Source: Fistulifera solaris (Eukaryota). From it: 64,000 nucleotides of DNA. The translations under genes and the position numbers were made by a program. Under the pieces are notes generated by a model. That model had not been told where the DNA came from and did no database searches. It worked only from the letters and a program-made list of their open reading frames with translations. The stretch spans positions 1-64,000 of the forward strand of contig AP026153.1 of NCBI GenBank assembly GCA_030295235.1. The letters are read 5' to 3'. Below, in pieces: positions 27,172 to 39,900 of this stretch. Position 1 is the stretch's first letter. Every line of letters starts with the position of its first letter.

Positions 27172-30100
27172 TTACGCAAACGACTGAAATAAATCGCTTG
27201 CAGAAAAGAGATCCGTGAAGCCGTCTCCGCTTGCGATGTGTCGATTAGGAAGACAGTAATCTAAATCGGCTTCTGAGTTCACTCCCATCCACTCAACAAC
27301 TCCATTCCACACAGAATCCCAACTGGTGGTAGGTATAATGCGTCCGCGACCGATATTCAGAGGACTGGAGGCCGTAATATCCGAAGGATATTCACCCAAA
27401 ATGTTTCCTCCTTTCACATCGCCGCCCATAATCCAGTAATGACCTCCCCAAGCGTGATCGGATCCGGCTCCGCTGTTACTCGTAATCGTTCTCGCGAAAT
27501 CAGACGTGACTACGAGGGTTACCTTGTCCCAGACGTTCTTGGCTTTTAATTCTTGCACGAGAGAACGCAAGGCATCATTGAGTTCGAGCAGCTTGGTGCG
27601 CAAATTCATTTTCATTTGATCGTGATGATCCCAACCGGCAATATCCGTAAAGAAGACTTCACGATTCTTTTGACGCGCCTGGCGACTGAGAATGAATTTC
27701 GAGATCATGGCCATCTTTTCGGAACTGCTGCCAGGAATCGCTGGCCAGTGGCTTTCTAAAACCACCGAGTCGAGATGCGCTTTCATCGTGCTGGCTTCCC
27801 GAGCGCCTTTGACCATCTGTTCGGACCAGGTTTGACCGAACAAGGAACTGTGCAACTGGCTGACGGAATTGAACTCTTCAACGTGAGATTGGAGGTTGAA
27901 TGTCTCGACGCTGGGTCGGCGATCAAAGACGGTCGGACCTTTGCGACTGGCAATCACTGGTCGCGGCTTTTCGCCCCGGATCGATTCGGTTACCACAGAG
28001 GCTTTATCAATCGAGATAGAACTCGCTGCGAAGCCCCGTTCGGTCAATCGAGACACCAGGCGTCCCAAGACACCGGAGCCGCCGGCCTTGGCTTTGGGAT
28101 CTACCGCTTGTGTCGCTTTAGTCATGGCATTGTGAGCAAAGAGACCTATTTTTGTGCGAAATAGATAATCCTTGCTGTCGACACCAGCTTGGTCGATCAT
28201 TCCCGTGTTGGCAAAAAACGTCAAATCGCCCGCGTCGTACAGTTCTTTCAACAAAGTCAACTCATCGTGCAGGACGAATTGACTACATGGCTGTCCCCAT
28301 TGGGCGTCGACATCAATGAGCAGCGTCCTTTCCGCATCCGTAAACGCCAAATCGCCTCGCTCCGCGGTATACTGGTCGCGCACAGATGTCCCGGCGGCAT
28401 TGGTTCCGGTACAAGTGTGAGGAACCAACACATTGTACGAATCGTACCCTCCGTCGAGCATCAGAAAGATAACGGCCTTGTAGTCATTTTCGTTGACGGA
28501 GGATGACGGTGGAGTTTCGGGTGGAAGAACTTGATTGGTGTTTCGTGACACGGCATTTGTATGGAATTCCGGAGTGGAAAGAATGACCTCTTGGATTTGA
28601 ATTAGAGCTTGCTGTTGATTCGATTGCTTGAGCAGTTCGTCGTAGATCTCAATCATCCTATTTCTTTTGGATGTTTCTAATAACAAGCGTCCGGAGGTGA
28701 GCAAAATTGCGAGTTCATCAATGATGTCGGAAGAGGAGTCCAGTGCTAGCGAAGGTGAATACGTTAGATGACCTCGTCCGTACGTAGAATCACCTAGCAC
28801 GCGAAGTCGTTCGTTCGAATTCCGACCGATTCCGAAGCCTTCATAGGCATTGTCGAGTCCGTATTTCAACAAACTATTTAGTCCATTGGAAAGAGCCACT
28901 GCATTAGGACCGTTTACGACCATGCATTCGGGACAGACAAGTCCAGCGTTTCCCACAGGACCTACATTAAAAGAGCGATGGTGAGACGAATGCAGATCAG
29001 TTGTATTTTTGGACGGCGAAAAACCTTACCAGATGGGGTATACTCAGGTAGAAAGAAAGAGAACACATTCGGTAACTTGTGCGGTTGTTGACCAATTTTG
29101 TCTTGCAAATCCGTTCCAAGTCGAATATGGGGGTCATTTAGATCAGCTTCAAATTCAAGAGAGCGCAAAACTCGGACAAACTTGCCGATTGGCTCTAAGA
29201 TCGAACCATGCGCTGGGTCTTTGTCCAGCACTAATGAACGACTCTCCCGGTCCAGTAATAGAGCAGAAACCATGGCACCCAAGTCTCCGTAACGTCCCGA
29301 ACCGAAAGAAACGGCTTCGTTGGCTGCATCCAAGGTTTCGTATTTTCCTTGGCGGAATGCTGCTGCCATTAAAGAAACAAGACGTGGTGATGGATTTGAG
29401 ATACCGAATCGTTGACAGAAACGAATTGCCAGGAAGGGGGCGACGTTTTTGTGGTACTAAAGATGAAAGCAAATGGTTAAGACTCTCAGTTACACATGCG
29501 GGGCAAAACCAGACACGAGTTCAATAAACTTACGAAGTAGTGATCGAGTCCGGCGTCCGTCTCATAATGTGCATCACGGACTTCTGGGTAGCCGAGAGAA
29601 ATGAAATGCGGCGGGTTGCGAAATGAAAGAGGCGTGTTTCCGTTTCCTAAAGAGACTATCGAGCGGACGTTCTTTCGGTACTGTCGGATTCCGTTGTCAT
29701 CCACAACTTCGAATATGGTTGCTCCCGTGTATTGAGCGTCTTTACTGTGCATGATAACTCCACCGCCTAGGTTTGTCGCAACAAGCTGACCGTTTTCAGG
29801 GACGAATGCTCCGATGGATAATTGCTCTAGCACTTGTTCGCGTGTCGGTTTCGTTCGGAAAACAACCTCCTCGGATACACTTGTCGGACAAACACAGATA
29901 TTGTCAGAAAAATCTCTCGTACAGCCGAGATTGGCGCACGAAGTTTCATACGACTGCAAGAAGTTTTCGACGCCATTAAACCATTCAACGCGGAAATATG
30001 TCTTGGTATATTCACGGACGGTGTTTAAAATGCGATTCGGGTCGGTCACACCAGCGGCTTTGTGCACAATCGCTACTTTCCCGTCGATGTTGATCTTAGC

Positions 30101-33100
30101 CATCGGGTCGCAGCTTCGCTTTGTCCAGAATCCAAGGTTGATATCACACGTACTACAGCTCCACCAGGGATCGTCGCAGAGACCCAAGTTCATTGCCGAG
30201 CATCTTTGCCTTGCTGTTGAAAATTTCATGAGTTCGCCGTCGAATTTGACGGAGCTGACGTCTGCACGGTTCGATCCGCTACGGCAGCAGCCGACTGTTC
30301 CCGCTTCAAGTTGTGGATTGCTGCAGAAGTAACGTCCTGATATTGTTTTGAGCATTACGCCGTTCTCGTAAAAGCTTTGCTCGACACATGCCGGTCTCGT
30401 GTACTCATAGTACAAGCCAGCTTCGACTTCAATGATCCGAGGGGAGTCAACCTCACATTCTCTTCCGTTACATGTCAACGTCTCCTTTAGCTCGACCACC
30501 CCCTGATAATTGCATGTTCCGGTACTGTCGGCATTGCAAATTGCCGCAAACAGAGGAGAGGAGCTGGATAGACGCAATCGTTGAACGGAATGATCGTTGA
30601 TCCATGCTGAGTTTTGACCTAACAACCTTGGTCTGGGCACGGTCCCCAAAGACGATATTGCGCTCCTTTGCGCAAAAAGTGCCGTGATGGCAGATCGGTG
30701 CAAAGCGGGTAATGGTCTCCAACATACTGTCCATTTAGGCCCATCTGGGAAGATCAAGGGTTAGTTCCGAAAGGGTTAGGGATATTTTCCTTCGCTGGAA
30801 GCGATCGGACGTACCTTGGGAGAGTAATCCCGTTTTTGAATTTCAATGCGCATGGGGTCAATGCCATTTCTCCCCACCAGTTCGATGTTACCTCGTTTGG
30901 GCTGTCTCGTGAACCCAGTCCACATTCTGGCGTATTCGGTGATGTCATCATTTGTGTATGTTGCAATGGTAGCGCCGCTTGCATCTCTTTGAACGGTTCC
31001 ATCCTGGTTCAATTGAAACATTCCTATGGAAAAAGTTGGAGGGCCTCTCGAGAAAAGTTTTCATCGGGCCACTCGACTCTAGTAGCGCGGGACCAGGTAT
31101 AGTGAACGGACTTTTGATCATGGAAACTAAGGTTCTCAGCCATTAGCGGGCTATAAGCAATCTCCTTCAGAACGTTTCGATAACTTCCGAACGCATTGCG
31201 CACAAATATGTCATAGTAATGCTAAAGGAAAACTAGTGAGTCAAATTGTCTCTGAGGGGACACGTGGAGTCATGAACTTACCACAAAATGTTCGGTGCGA
31301 CTTCTTTGCTCAATCGAATTCGGAGTAACGACGAGAATTTGCGACAAAACCCATGCGACTTTCTGTCGGAGCTGATCATCTGCTTTCAATGCCATTTCCA
31401 ACCATATACTCGTTCTCTGTCCCTCCAAGTCGGCTAAACCAGTCGTTCTGTGCCACTCAGTTTCGGCATCGAACCCCCACGAAATATAGTGTTGCCCTTA
31501 ATCGGATTAGTTGCTACCTCAAACGGACTGCCGCAAACCAATTGCGATCCTTCCAATGCTTCGTTTAGCAATATATATTCAAATGATTCGGCAACGGCGG
31601 GATTTGCAAGAACGGAAACAGTATCACCGAATCGACCCAGTTCCGTAAGCTTTGTTTCATAATTGCTGTACCATCGGGACATTTCATGCCATGAAGGGAA
31701 GCTCAGCGTGTAATTGCCAACAATCGCAAATTGCTTAATTGGAGCCGGTCCACCTGGATGTCCGTCAACTTTCGTCCACGCGGTGAAGTCGAAAACTTGA
31801 TAATTGGAAGGATGAATATTTTTCCAGCACTGGTTACTGTTGTCTCGAACAGCAAAGTCAAAAGATAGCAAATCTGAATTTGTGCAAGCAACTCCTAAAG
31901 AAGGGAAGATAATGTCTCGTAAGAACGGATGCGTGTCGCTTGATCTCGACAAAATATCTTTGAATACGGTCAGTGTTTCGCTCCCAACTTTGGGTACATC
32001 ACACTCAGTTCCAGCTACAAGTGCCCACCGCGACGTTGATCCCGGAGAGCACGGTGGCGTGTATGGAGCATTGTCTTGGCGCAATCCAGTCACTGCATAA
32101 ATGTAGCGCTCGCTGGCCATGTGTACTTTTTCGAAGTTGGTAGTACTTAGTTCCACTGTTTCTGTGTCGAGAGTGTCTCCTGTGTTGCAGGCCGAAGACA
32201 TGTCCGAAGAAGAGAGTCGGCAAAATTGTTCATTATCGAAGCTCGGTTGGACCAAAGCGCACGTCACTTTATAATTCTCGGAGGATAGTGCCGTTGCCTG
32301 TACTAAATCGCCAGCGCCATTTTCAAGTGGTTGCGTTGGTGTATTCTCTCTTAATACAAAGCGGCTGTCATGAATCCAATATTCACCCTTGTAGGACCCA
32401 ATTACCGTAATCATATTTCCCGTGTTTGTAGGAATCGAATCGCACGAAACATCTGTCAACGGTTCGACAACCATCAGTTCTTGCGGAAAGTCGAAATTGA
32501 AGTTGTCCCATTCCACCGCGTAGTCATCCAAAGAAAGAACTGGACGATCTGGTAGCGTTGTTCCATTGAAGAAAACAGCCGGTACGCCTATGCGTTCCAC
32601 CGTATTAAACACATTCTCGCATCTGCTTGCAATCCTTAGTCGTAATATGGCACCGATTGAATTTGTTGGGTGTGTACACAACTGGTATTGACCATCGACG
32701 AACTCTCGGCCACTGACACTTGCAGCTGTCAGCTTGGTCGTTCTCACAAGTGTTCGCTTTTGCCCATTGACGAGAAGAAGTTTCCCTTCCGGTACCGTAC
32801 GAATTTCCACCATTGTATCTCGATCTTTATCACTAAAAGCATATTTGCGATAGCGACTTCCAACCTGACACGGGTGCGTAGTTCCTCCTTGTCCGGACGA
32901 GTAATCGAAGCGGTGATTCAATCGTTCTCGATAATACTGACGATGCGACGATGCTGGTTTTGTAAACTGCGACGATATCCACTGAACTGGGTCTTGAAAC
33001 TGCCATATCGACTCACGTGTGGGGCCGAACGTCGCTTGCTCCAAGAATCGTGCCGCTTCTACCGGGGGTGCCGGAGTAGCCCGTTCGAACGCTACTACCT

Positions 33101-33629
33101 CGTAGCGATACGATCCATACTGGGCACGGGTTTCGGCAGTAACAGCAGGAAGTTTGGTCGTACATTGAGTACTCTGACAATCAATTTTCAAGGAAGCGTA
33201 GGGGCCTCGATACGTTTCCCACGGATTTCCGTCATACGATCGTGCCACGGGGACTCGTACGCCCGTTTCCGCGACAAGCCAAAGAGAGCAGAGTGCCGAG
33301 TAGGTGGCGCGTGGTTGAATGATCGGAAGAATGAGTGTCATCGTCTCGTTGAAATTCGTGAGGGCTTTTGCTTCGTTCGGCACGCACTGAATTTGCGTGC
33401 GTTGAATCGGGGCAGTAGCGCATGAACCGCACAAATGATTGCTCCTCTGACGCCTGGCAACGAAAGGAGATAAAACACAAACATCTGTGTTGGTGTTCAA
33501 ATCGCACATGGCGAATCGATTCATTCGCGAAAACCTTCGAGGCTTGCCACAAAGTTGCGAGCATCCTTGTGCTGAGCCGCCCAGGAACCTTGTTGCCAGG
33601 ACGATAAGCAATAATATTCTAGTTATCAT
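27172..33629 (-). CDS. Secreted DUF1800-DUF1501 fusion protein, copy B (most divergent)
   Basis: Signal MITRILLLIVLATRFLGGSAQ. Motifs AARFLEQATFGP, DQLRQKVAWVLSQILVV, DENFSRE, GDLGAMVSALLLDRESR, MLDGGYDSYN, GWDHH, SDFART, GSDHAWGG. Introns 31222-31281, 30745-30814, 29457-29533, 28962-29029. Homopolymer frameshifts near 31455 and 30648. Confidence 0.85.
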
Positions 33630-34166
33630 TCTGATGATATCGTCGCGGTTTGTAAAGCGTCGACTTGTATTTTTGAAAGCACAGGTCGGCTTATTCACTT
33701 CGTTGAAAATAAATTCGTCCGAGTCCGAGATGAAAGGTTGTGTTTTGTGTTTTGCGCAAAAGAAAATGTTGCGTCAAAAATAAATCAGTGATATTTGGTT
33801 GGGACCATTGTGTACTTCTGGTTGGACTTTGCGGAGGTCTTTTCTGGTAAGTCCGCTACCTGTCACAAATCACGATAAGCTAATGTAATCCGTGTTCACT
33901 TTCCGTTGCCCTTCCTTACTATTGATTGACTACAATCATATACCAACCGGTACCCAATAACCATAGGTATTCTAGATTTACGCCTTTGGAGAACAAAGTA
34001 CACTCTAGTCGAGATAAATTGCTTCTTGGGAAATTAGAAAGTTCTTCGCCGATAGCATGTACAATATTAATGCGTATTGTTGTCCAGTACCACGTCTTGC
34101 TTTTTGCTTTTGTCAATTGTGGTCGTAAAGTTCGCATTCCTCATCTTCTCACTTCTCACTGCTCAC

Positions 34167-35563
34167 CAGGCCTCTTTATTTTGGCTTTCGTGACCAAAAT
34201 ACCAAAATAGGTTATTTTGGTCATATTTTCAATATTATTTTGGTTTATTTTAGCTTTGTACGTAGACCTACGTAGAAAATGTACCATGAAATCTCGTCAC
34301 GTAATATTACGGGTGTTGCACAATCACATCACTAATAAGATCATCGCAAACCTCACAAATTCTATAGCATGTCAAGGAGATTATCAAATTAGTTTCACTG
34401 TAAGATAGACTCCAAAGTAAAGTCTGTCATAGAACTGGATTGACTGTCTGATTTACTTATTCTTTGAAGTCCAACAAGACAAACGCAGTTCCCGCCATCG
34501 TCGTTGCAAAGCTACCATAATCCTTCAGAAGCTCCAATGCAAGGCCTGCACTTTGCAAGAAAATCTCAAACTTATCACTGATGAAGTCTCGGTTTGCATC
34601 ACTGTGCAGTTGAATTCGAAAGAAGGCAGGCATTTGGCTGCATGTCAACCAGGAGGAAACTGCTTCTCAAACTCCACGAAGTGAAGGAGACTCAACTCGT
34701 GAATCTAACGCTGCCATTTTGGAATTTCACAGTTGAAGATTTTTTCGCTTTAGTCCTTTTTTCCAAAAACACGCCGGCTTTTCTTTCTTCGTCAAATTGT
34801 TTTATTCCTCATATGTATTCTGATGTAGGCCCTCAGCGTGACTAATCAACTAGCTATCGTGCCAATGTTAGAAGCGTCGCAGGTAAAAGCTTTTGCCATC
34901 CGTGCTTGCCCTTTAGGCCTTGGGCGAAGGACTCGGGCGACGGCTTATCGCGTCCACATTAGAGAGAGAATGTGCATGTCACGCAGACAATTTTGTTGCC
35001 CTCCATGGCTGTAACTTCAAGGGTGTACGCATCCAACCACGACATTTGAAGCCATAGAATCCTTCTGCTTCTTCCTTTTTCCGGAACAATCAACCTCATG
35101 GCGGAAGATCAATTCAAAACAACTTGGAGAATAATGGCAGTCTCCCGGAAAATTTGGTGGGGGAAAATCGAGCAAGCAGGCACGAGCACGCAAGCATCCT
35201 CCAATTTCAATCTCCTGATTTCACTTAAATCATTGAAATTCTCTTCTAAACAACAGTTGTGCTATGTTCAAATAGACAAATAGATCACACTCATTTTTTG
35301 ACGTGAGAAAGGGCGCGAAGGTCGAGTGATCACGGCACGCAAAGAACTGTGTCAAAACATTCAATCGCACAGAGACATTTGCGGCGCATTAAAAAGCATA
35401 GCCATTCAATTAAAACTATTTAGAAAACAACATATGCGCTAAGCAGAAATAGTGGTCAATCACTTGACCAAAAAACCAAAATACCTTATTTTGGTCATAT
35501 TTTCAAGACTATTTTGGCGAAAAAGCTACTATTTTGGTATCTTGACCAAAATAAAGAGGCCTG
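34167..35563. mobile_element. Non-autonomous hAT-like DNA transposon (1397 bp)
   Basis: Perfect 18-bp TIRs CAGGCCTCTTTATTTTGG (34167-34184) and CCAAAATAAAGAGGCCTG (35546-35563); 8-bp target-site duplication CTGCTCAC (34159-34166, 35564-35571); subterminal TATTTTGG/CCAAAATA repeats; no long ORF. Confidence 0.9.
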
Positions 35564-36985
35564 CTGCTCACTGCTCACTGGGCTTCTATCTTCTATAGTT
35601 ACTGGGATATCAGGCGGTCATTATTATACGTTCAGTATCGACAAGGATGAAAAAGTAAAGACCCACTTCCTGGATCCGAGTCTCGCCTGCGAGCTCCGAG
35701 TGTTTGGCGTTTGGCATTTAAAAAAAACGGCATTGCCAGGCTGAGCTGTGTGCTGAGTTGCCAAAATGCAAAAGAATTAATCGCTAGTCTAGAGAAAGCC
35801 GTACACAATGATACGAATTATAGAAGTATCGGGTATCGAATTGGTACTTGGTACCCGGCACGAAGCATGAGTGGACTTCTGCTCCACTCAACAGGATGAT
35901 CGATGAACAGCTTTTTAATACGGAGTGAATGATTAACGATGGCCACCGGCAACAAGGGCATCGACTACGCTATACACTGTCGGTTTTTAAATTATAGACA
36001 GGATACAACGCCGTCTTTTCTGCACGAAAAAATGTTTAATTTTTGAATCTCAAATTAACCTTGGAAAAACTAACACTTACTGAGACTGATCCGCTCTAGA
36101 TTGTAGTCTAGCAAACATAGTGAAGAAAATTAGTGATTTATAGAAAAGATCAGCAATCAGCAGTCGTTGATAGATTTAGCTGCGGGCGGCGAATAAAGTG
36201 AGGCGAAACGAAAAAAAAATAAGCATCGGTCCCTATGTACTGTACCTGGTACAGCATGAAAGATACGACTTCAAACACGTGGCATACAGCCCTGTTTCGT
36301 GTCCGTATTCGACTACAGTAAGATACAAACAATTAGAAACTAAGCGACATTTGATAAGTACCGGTTATCGTAGTGTTTGACCGAGCCAAAGTCATTAGGA
36401 AACTGAAAAGTCATTGTGACTTTGTCATTACAGTAGTCGGTCTTGGGTCGTGGGGCATTTGTAAGTTTATATCATTTAAACTGTTACAGGGAAGCACATA
36501 CATTTTGCTGGGACTGGTTACTTCTATGCCCTCATTCGCAAGATGACTGTTTGGTGACTTTTTGACCTTGTGACTTGAAGAATGAGGTCGGAGTACGATA
36601 CATTTTCTCCGCTACAACCTTTTGCTTTTGCGCTTGTCGCTTGGCGCATCGCTTTCTCGAACAACTTACTTGGAGATTGGTATCGCCTCGAAAAGTCTCT
36701 TGAGAAGTTTCCAGCAAGATCAAAGACGTACTCCCTTTCATTCTCAACTCGAAGTCTCAACTCGAAGGCTACTCGATTGGTCCACAAGAACTGGTTTCTG
36801 GGCTCAGTCGCGGTAAGCATACTATTGTCTTATTGATTTTTCGCGAATGCCCCTTTGTTCGAATTGATTTGCAACACATTGATCATCTCGTGCACCAATT
36901 TCATAGCACCTTGCTTTCATAATATCGCCTTCACAAGATACTTATTCATAAACGCAATCATCATAAAGCGCCCTCCTTTTCTGTC

Positions 36986-39900
36986 ATGACGCTGGAAACA
37001 AGGTACGTCGATGAATCTAATTAGTCGAGAGAAGGGAGCGGTTCTCACTTTTCATTTGTCTGTAAAGTCTTCGTAATATTCTGGTTCATTTTTATCCATG
37101 GAGTCGATGCTCGTCGAACACCCATTCGAGACTTTTTGAGGAGAATCAGTGGGGAGCCTTCACCTGTCGGTTGGGAAGTACATTCTCATTGACGACTTAC
37201 CGAGAAGCAACCGATATGAAGCTTGTCAACACCAAGACCTCACCATCCGAAGTATGCGTGCTTTGGAGAATTACTACGTCAGGTGTTCGCATCCCTGTGG
37301 GACGTTCCTACGATGGAAACAATTGGGAAGCGCATAGTGGACCGTATGCGACACAGAAATTCACCTGCAGTGGCACGACTTGCACCACCAATCTCCCGGC
37401 CAAATCAGACACGGAACGTTACGAGTTGGTGTCCTACCAGCGACGAGCACTCACGAAAGACGAAACTGCAGCGCGCTTTTTGGAACAGACCACGTTTGGT
37501 CCTCGCCGTGACGAGATCCGCGCCTTTCCGGATGCTACGACGCAAACTTTTATCCAGTGGATATTGAACCAATCGAATCTGCCGATTACTTCGCACCGCG
37601 CTGAATATCGCAAACGCCTCAATCATCGCTTCCCTGCTAGTGGGAACACGCGCGTTGGTCGTGTCACTCATCCGTGCGAAGCAGGCACCCGCTATCGTCG
37701 GGCGGCGTTCACCGACAAAGATCGTGATGCTATGGTGGAAATAAAGACTTTGTCCTCTACACAGAAAGCCCTTTTGATCAACGGCAACCTACGCACAGTG
37801 ATCAACGCCAATCAGCTCTACGCGAATGCCGTGCAAACAAGCCAGCAACTAACAGACGGAAAGTAAGTATGAATCGATATTGATTCTAATCCAAGATTAT
37901 CGACCATTCGAGCTCACTATGGCGGCTTTCATTCACCAGATATCTCATTTGCGATGTAGTAGAAGCATGGATCGGCGGACAGCTTCCTCTACAACATAAT
38001 GGAGTATGCGGAAATCTGTTTGCCGGAAGTAACGAAATTGGAAATCCTGCCATTGCTTTGGATGCTTCAAGTGCATTGACGGCGACCATTGTGGATCTCA
38101 GCAATAAAGTGAAGGTAGTGGACTCTCAATATCACGATGTCGAGCAATCGCTTCTTGTAACAACCCCGCTGAGTCAATGTACCCAAGTCTCTCAAGAAAG
38201 TCATGTCTTCGGTTTCTACAATGGCAAATACTGGCTTCATGATCCCCGTTTGGTAATCGAAGACAACACGGTGGAGAACCCGAACGCCGAGGTGTGCACT
38301 TCTGCTCCGCCAACTTTCCTAAACGAGGCATCGTGCGTCCTTGCTGAAACTACCCCTTGCGTTACCACAATCGATCTTTCGGAATTACCTACGACAGTTG
38401 ACTTGACAATGTCCACATTGCAACAAGTGTACGAGGAAACTGGTAAACTGATGTATGCCGTCTCTGGGCTGCGAGGACCGTGGGAGCCTCCCTGTAAAGC
38501 AGAAACATTTTCTCGTTGGGTTGTCGTCGCGGAAGATTGTACGGACACCACAATCAAAGACGCCACTCGCTCTTTCCTCCAAAGCCTGATGACACGTGCG
38601 AAAGAGAAGCAAAGCAATCCGAACATCCTGGACATCTTTGTGCCATTTGCCGGGTGCGACGCCACTGACGTGAGCAAATCTGGCTATAAGATTTCCGCCA
38701 ACGGAAAATGTTATAGGAACGTCCATCCAAATCACTGGCAGGTGTTTGATTTCACCAGGTGGGCCGATGAGCATCCAGGCGGGGCAACCGCAATCAGGCA
38801 ATTTGCTTTGAGCGGAACATTCATGCTAAACTTCCCGGATTGGCACACCATGGATCGTTGGACCACAAACATGAAGCAGTTTACAAACATCGGACGTTTT
38901 GGCGACACCGTAACAAACCATCCTGCTTTCAAAGTACCGCAATCTGCACCGATTGAAGGCGGGCTTGCGTTGGTATGTGGCAGCCCTTTCGAGGTTGCCA
39001 ACAATGCATCGCTAGCCGGTTCTTTGCTCGAGGGCGCATTCGACGTTATCACGACCGACAACCACACAACTCCAGAATCGACATTGATGGAGCAGAACCT
39101 GATGATCTGGATGGATGTTGCGTTGTCGAGCAAGGATCAGTTGAGACAGCGTATTGCGTGGGCACTGAGTCAAATCCTCGTTATATCCCCATCTAGCATT
39201 GAAGCTTGGTACACAAACGAGCTTTTCCTCACGTACTATGACATCTTTGTAAGGCACGCCTTTGGAAACTACCGTGATATCCTCAAAGAAGTCTCCTATT
39301 CTCCAGCAATGGCAGAAATGTTGAGCTATTTGTGGTCAGCCAGGTACGTTAGTGTTCGGGTTTTGCTCCATTAGGGTTCGAGTTTTCACAAAAAACTATG
39401 GACGTCATATCTCACCAATGCTTGCAATCCACTTTCTAGCACCAATATCATCTTTCAGTGGACGCAATTATTGCAATTTCCCGATGAAAACTTCGCCCGC
39501 GAAGTGCTCCAGCTTTTAGCGTTGGAGTTAACCAACTTAATCAAGATGGGACGCCTTTGTTAGATCAGAACAATCTCCCCATGCTTACCTACACGAACGA
39601 TGACATCATGGAGTATGCCAGAATGTGGACCGGATTCAAGCAACAGCCTCGTCGAAACAACGTTGAGGAGTTTCCCTCGCCCTGGACTGGAAGTCTTGTC
39701 GATCCTTTAATGATTGACATCGAACTCCGTGACAGCCTTCCGAAGGTGAGTTGATTGTCGTGCGACCTATATCCCCAGATTAAGCATATGTCCTCACATA
39801 GCATTCGATCTGTAGATGGGTCTGAACCGTGCTTATGTTGGTGACGGTTACCCTCTGTGTGTAGACTTGCCAAGCCAGCACTTTCTCAAGCGTGGGGCAA

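Noticed and set aside
30757..30782. Interstitial telomere-like AGGGTTAG x2
   Set aside because: It lies near the 3' end of an intron of copy B, where the minus strand reads CTAAC, the branch-point consensus.
11784..33425. Long antisense or alternate-frame ORFs (e.g. 11784-12602, 14331-15047, 21872-22621, 32670-33425)
   Set aside because: They are shadows of real genes on the opposite strand.
34457..35283. Transposase remnant inside the hAT-like element
   Set aside because: The short internal ORFs show no transposase motif I can recognise.
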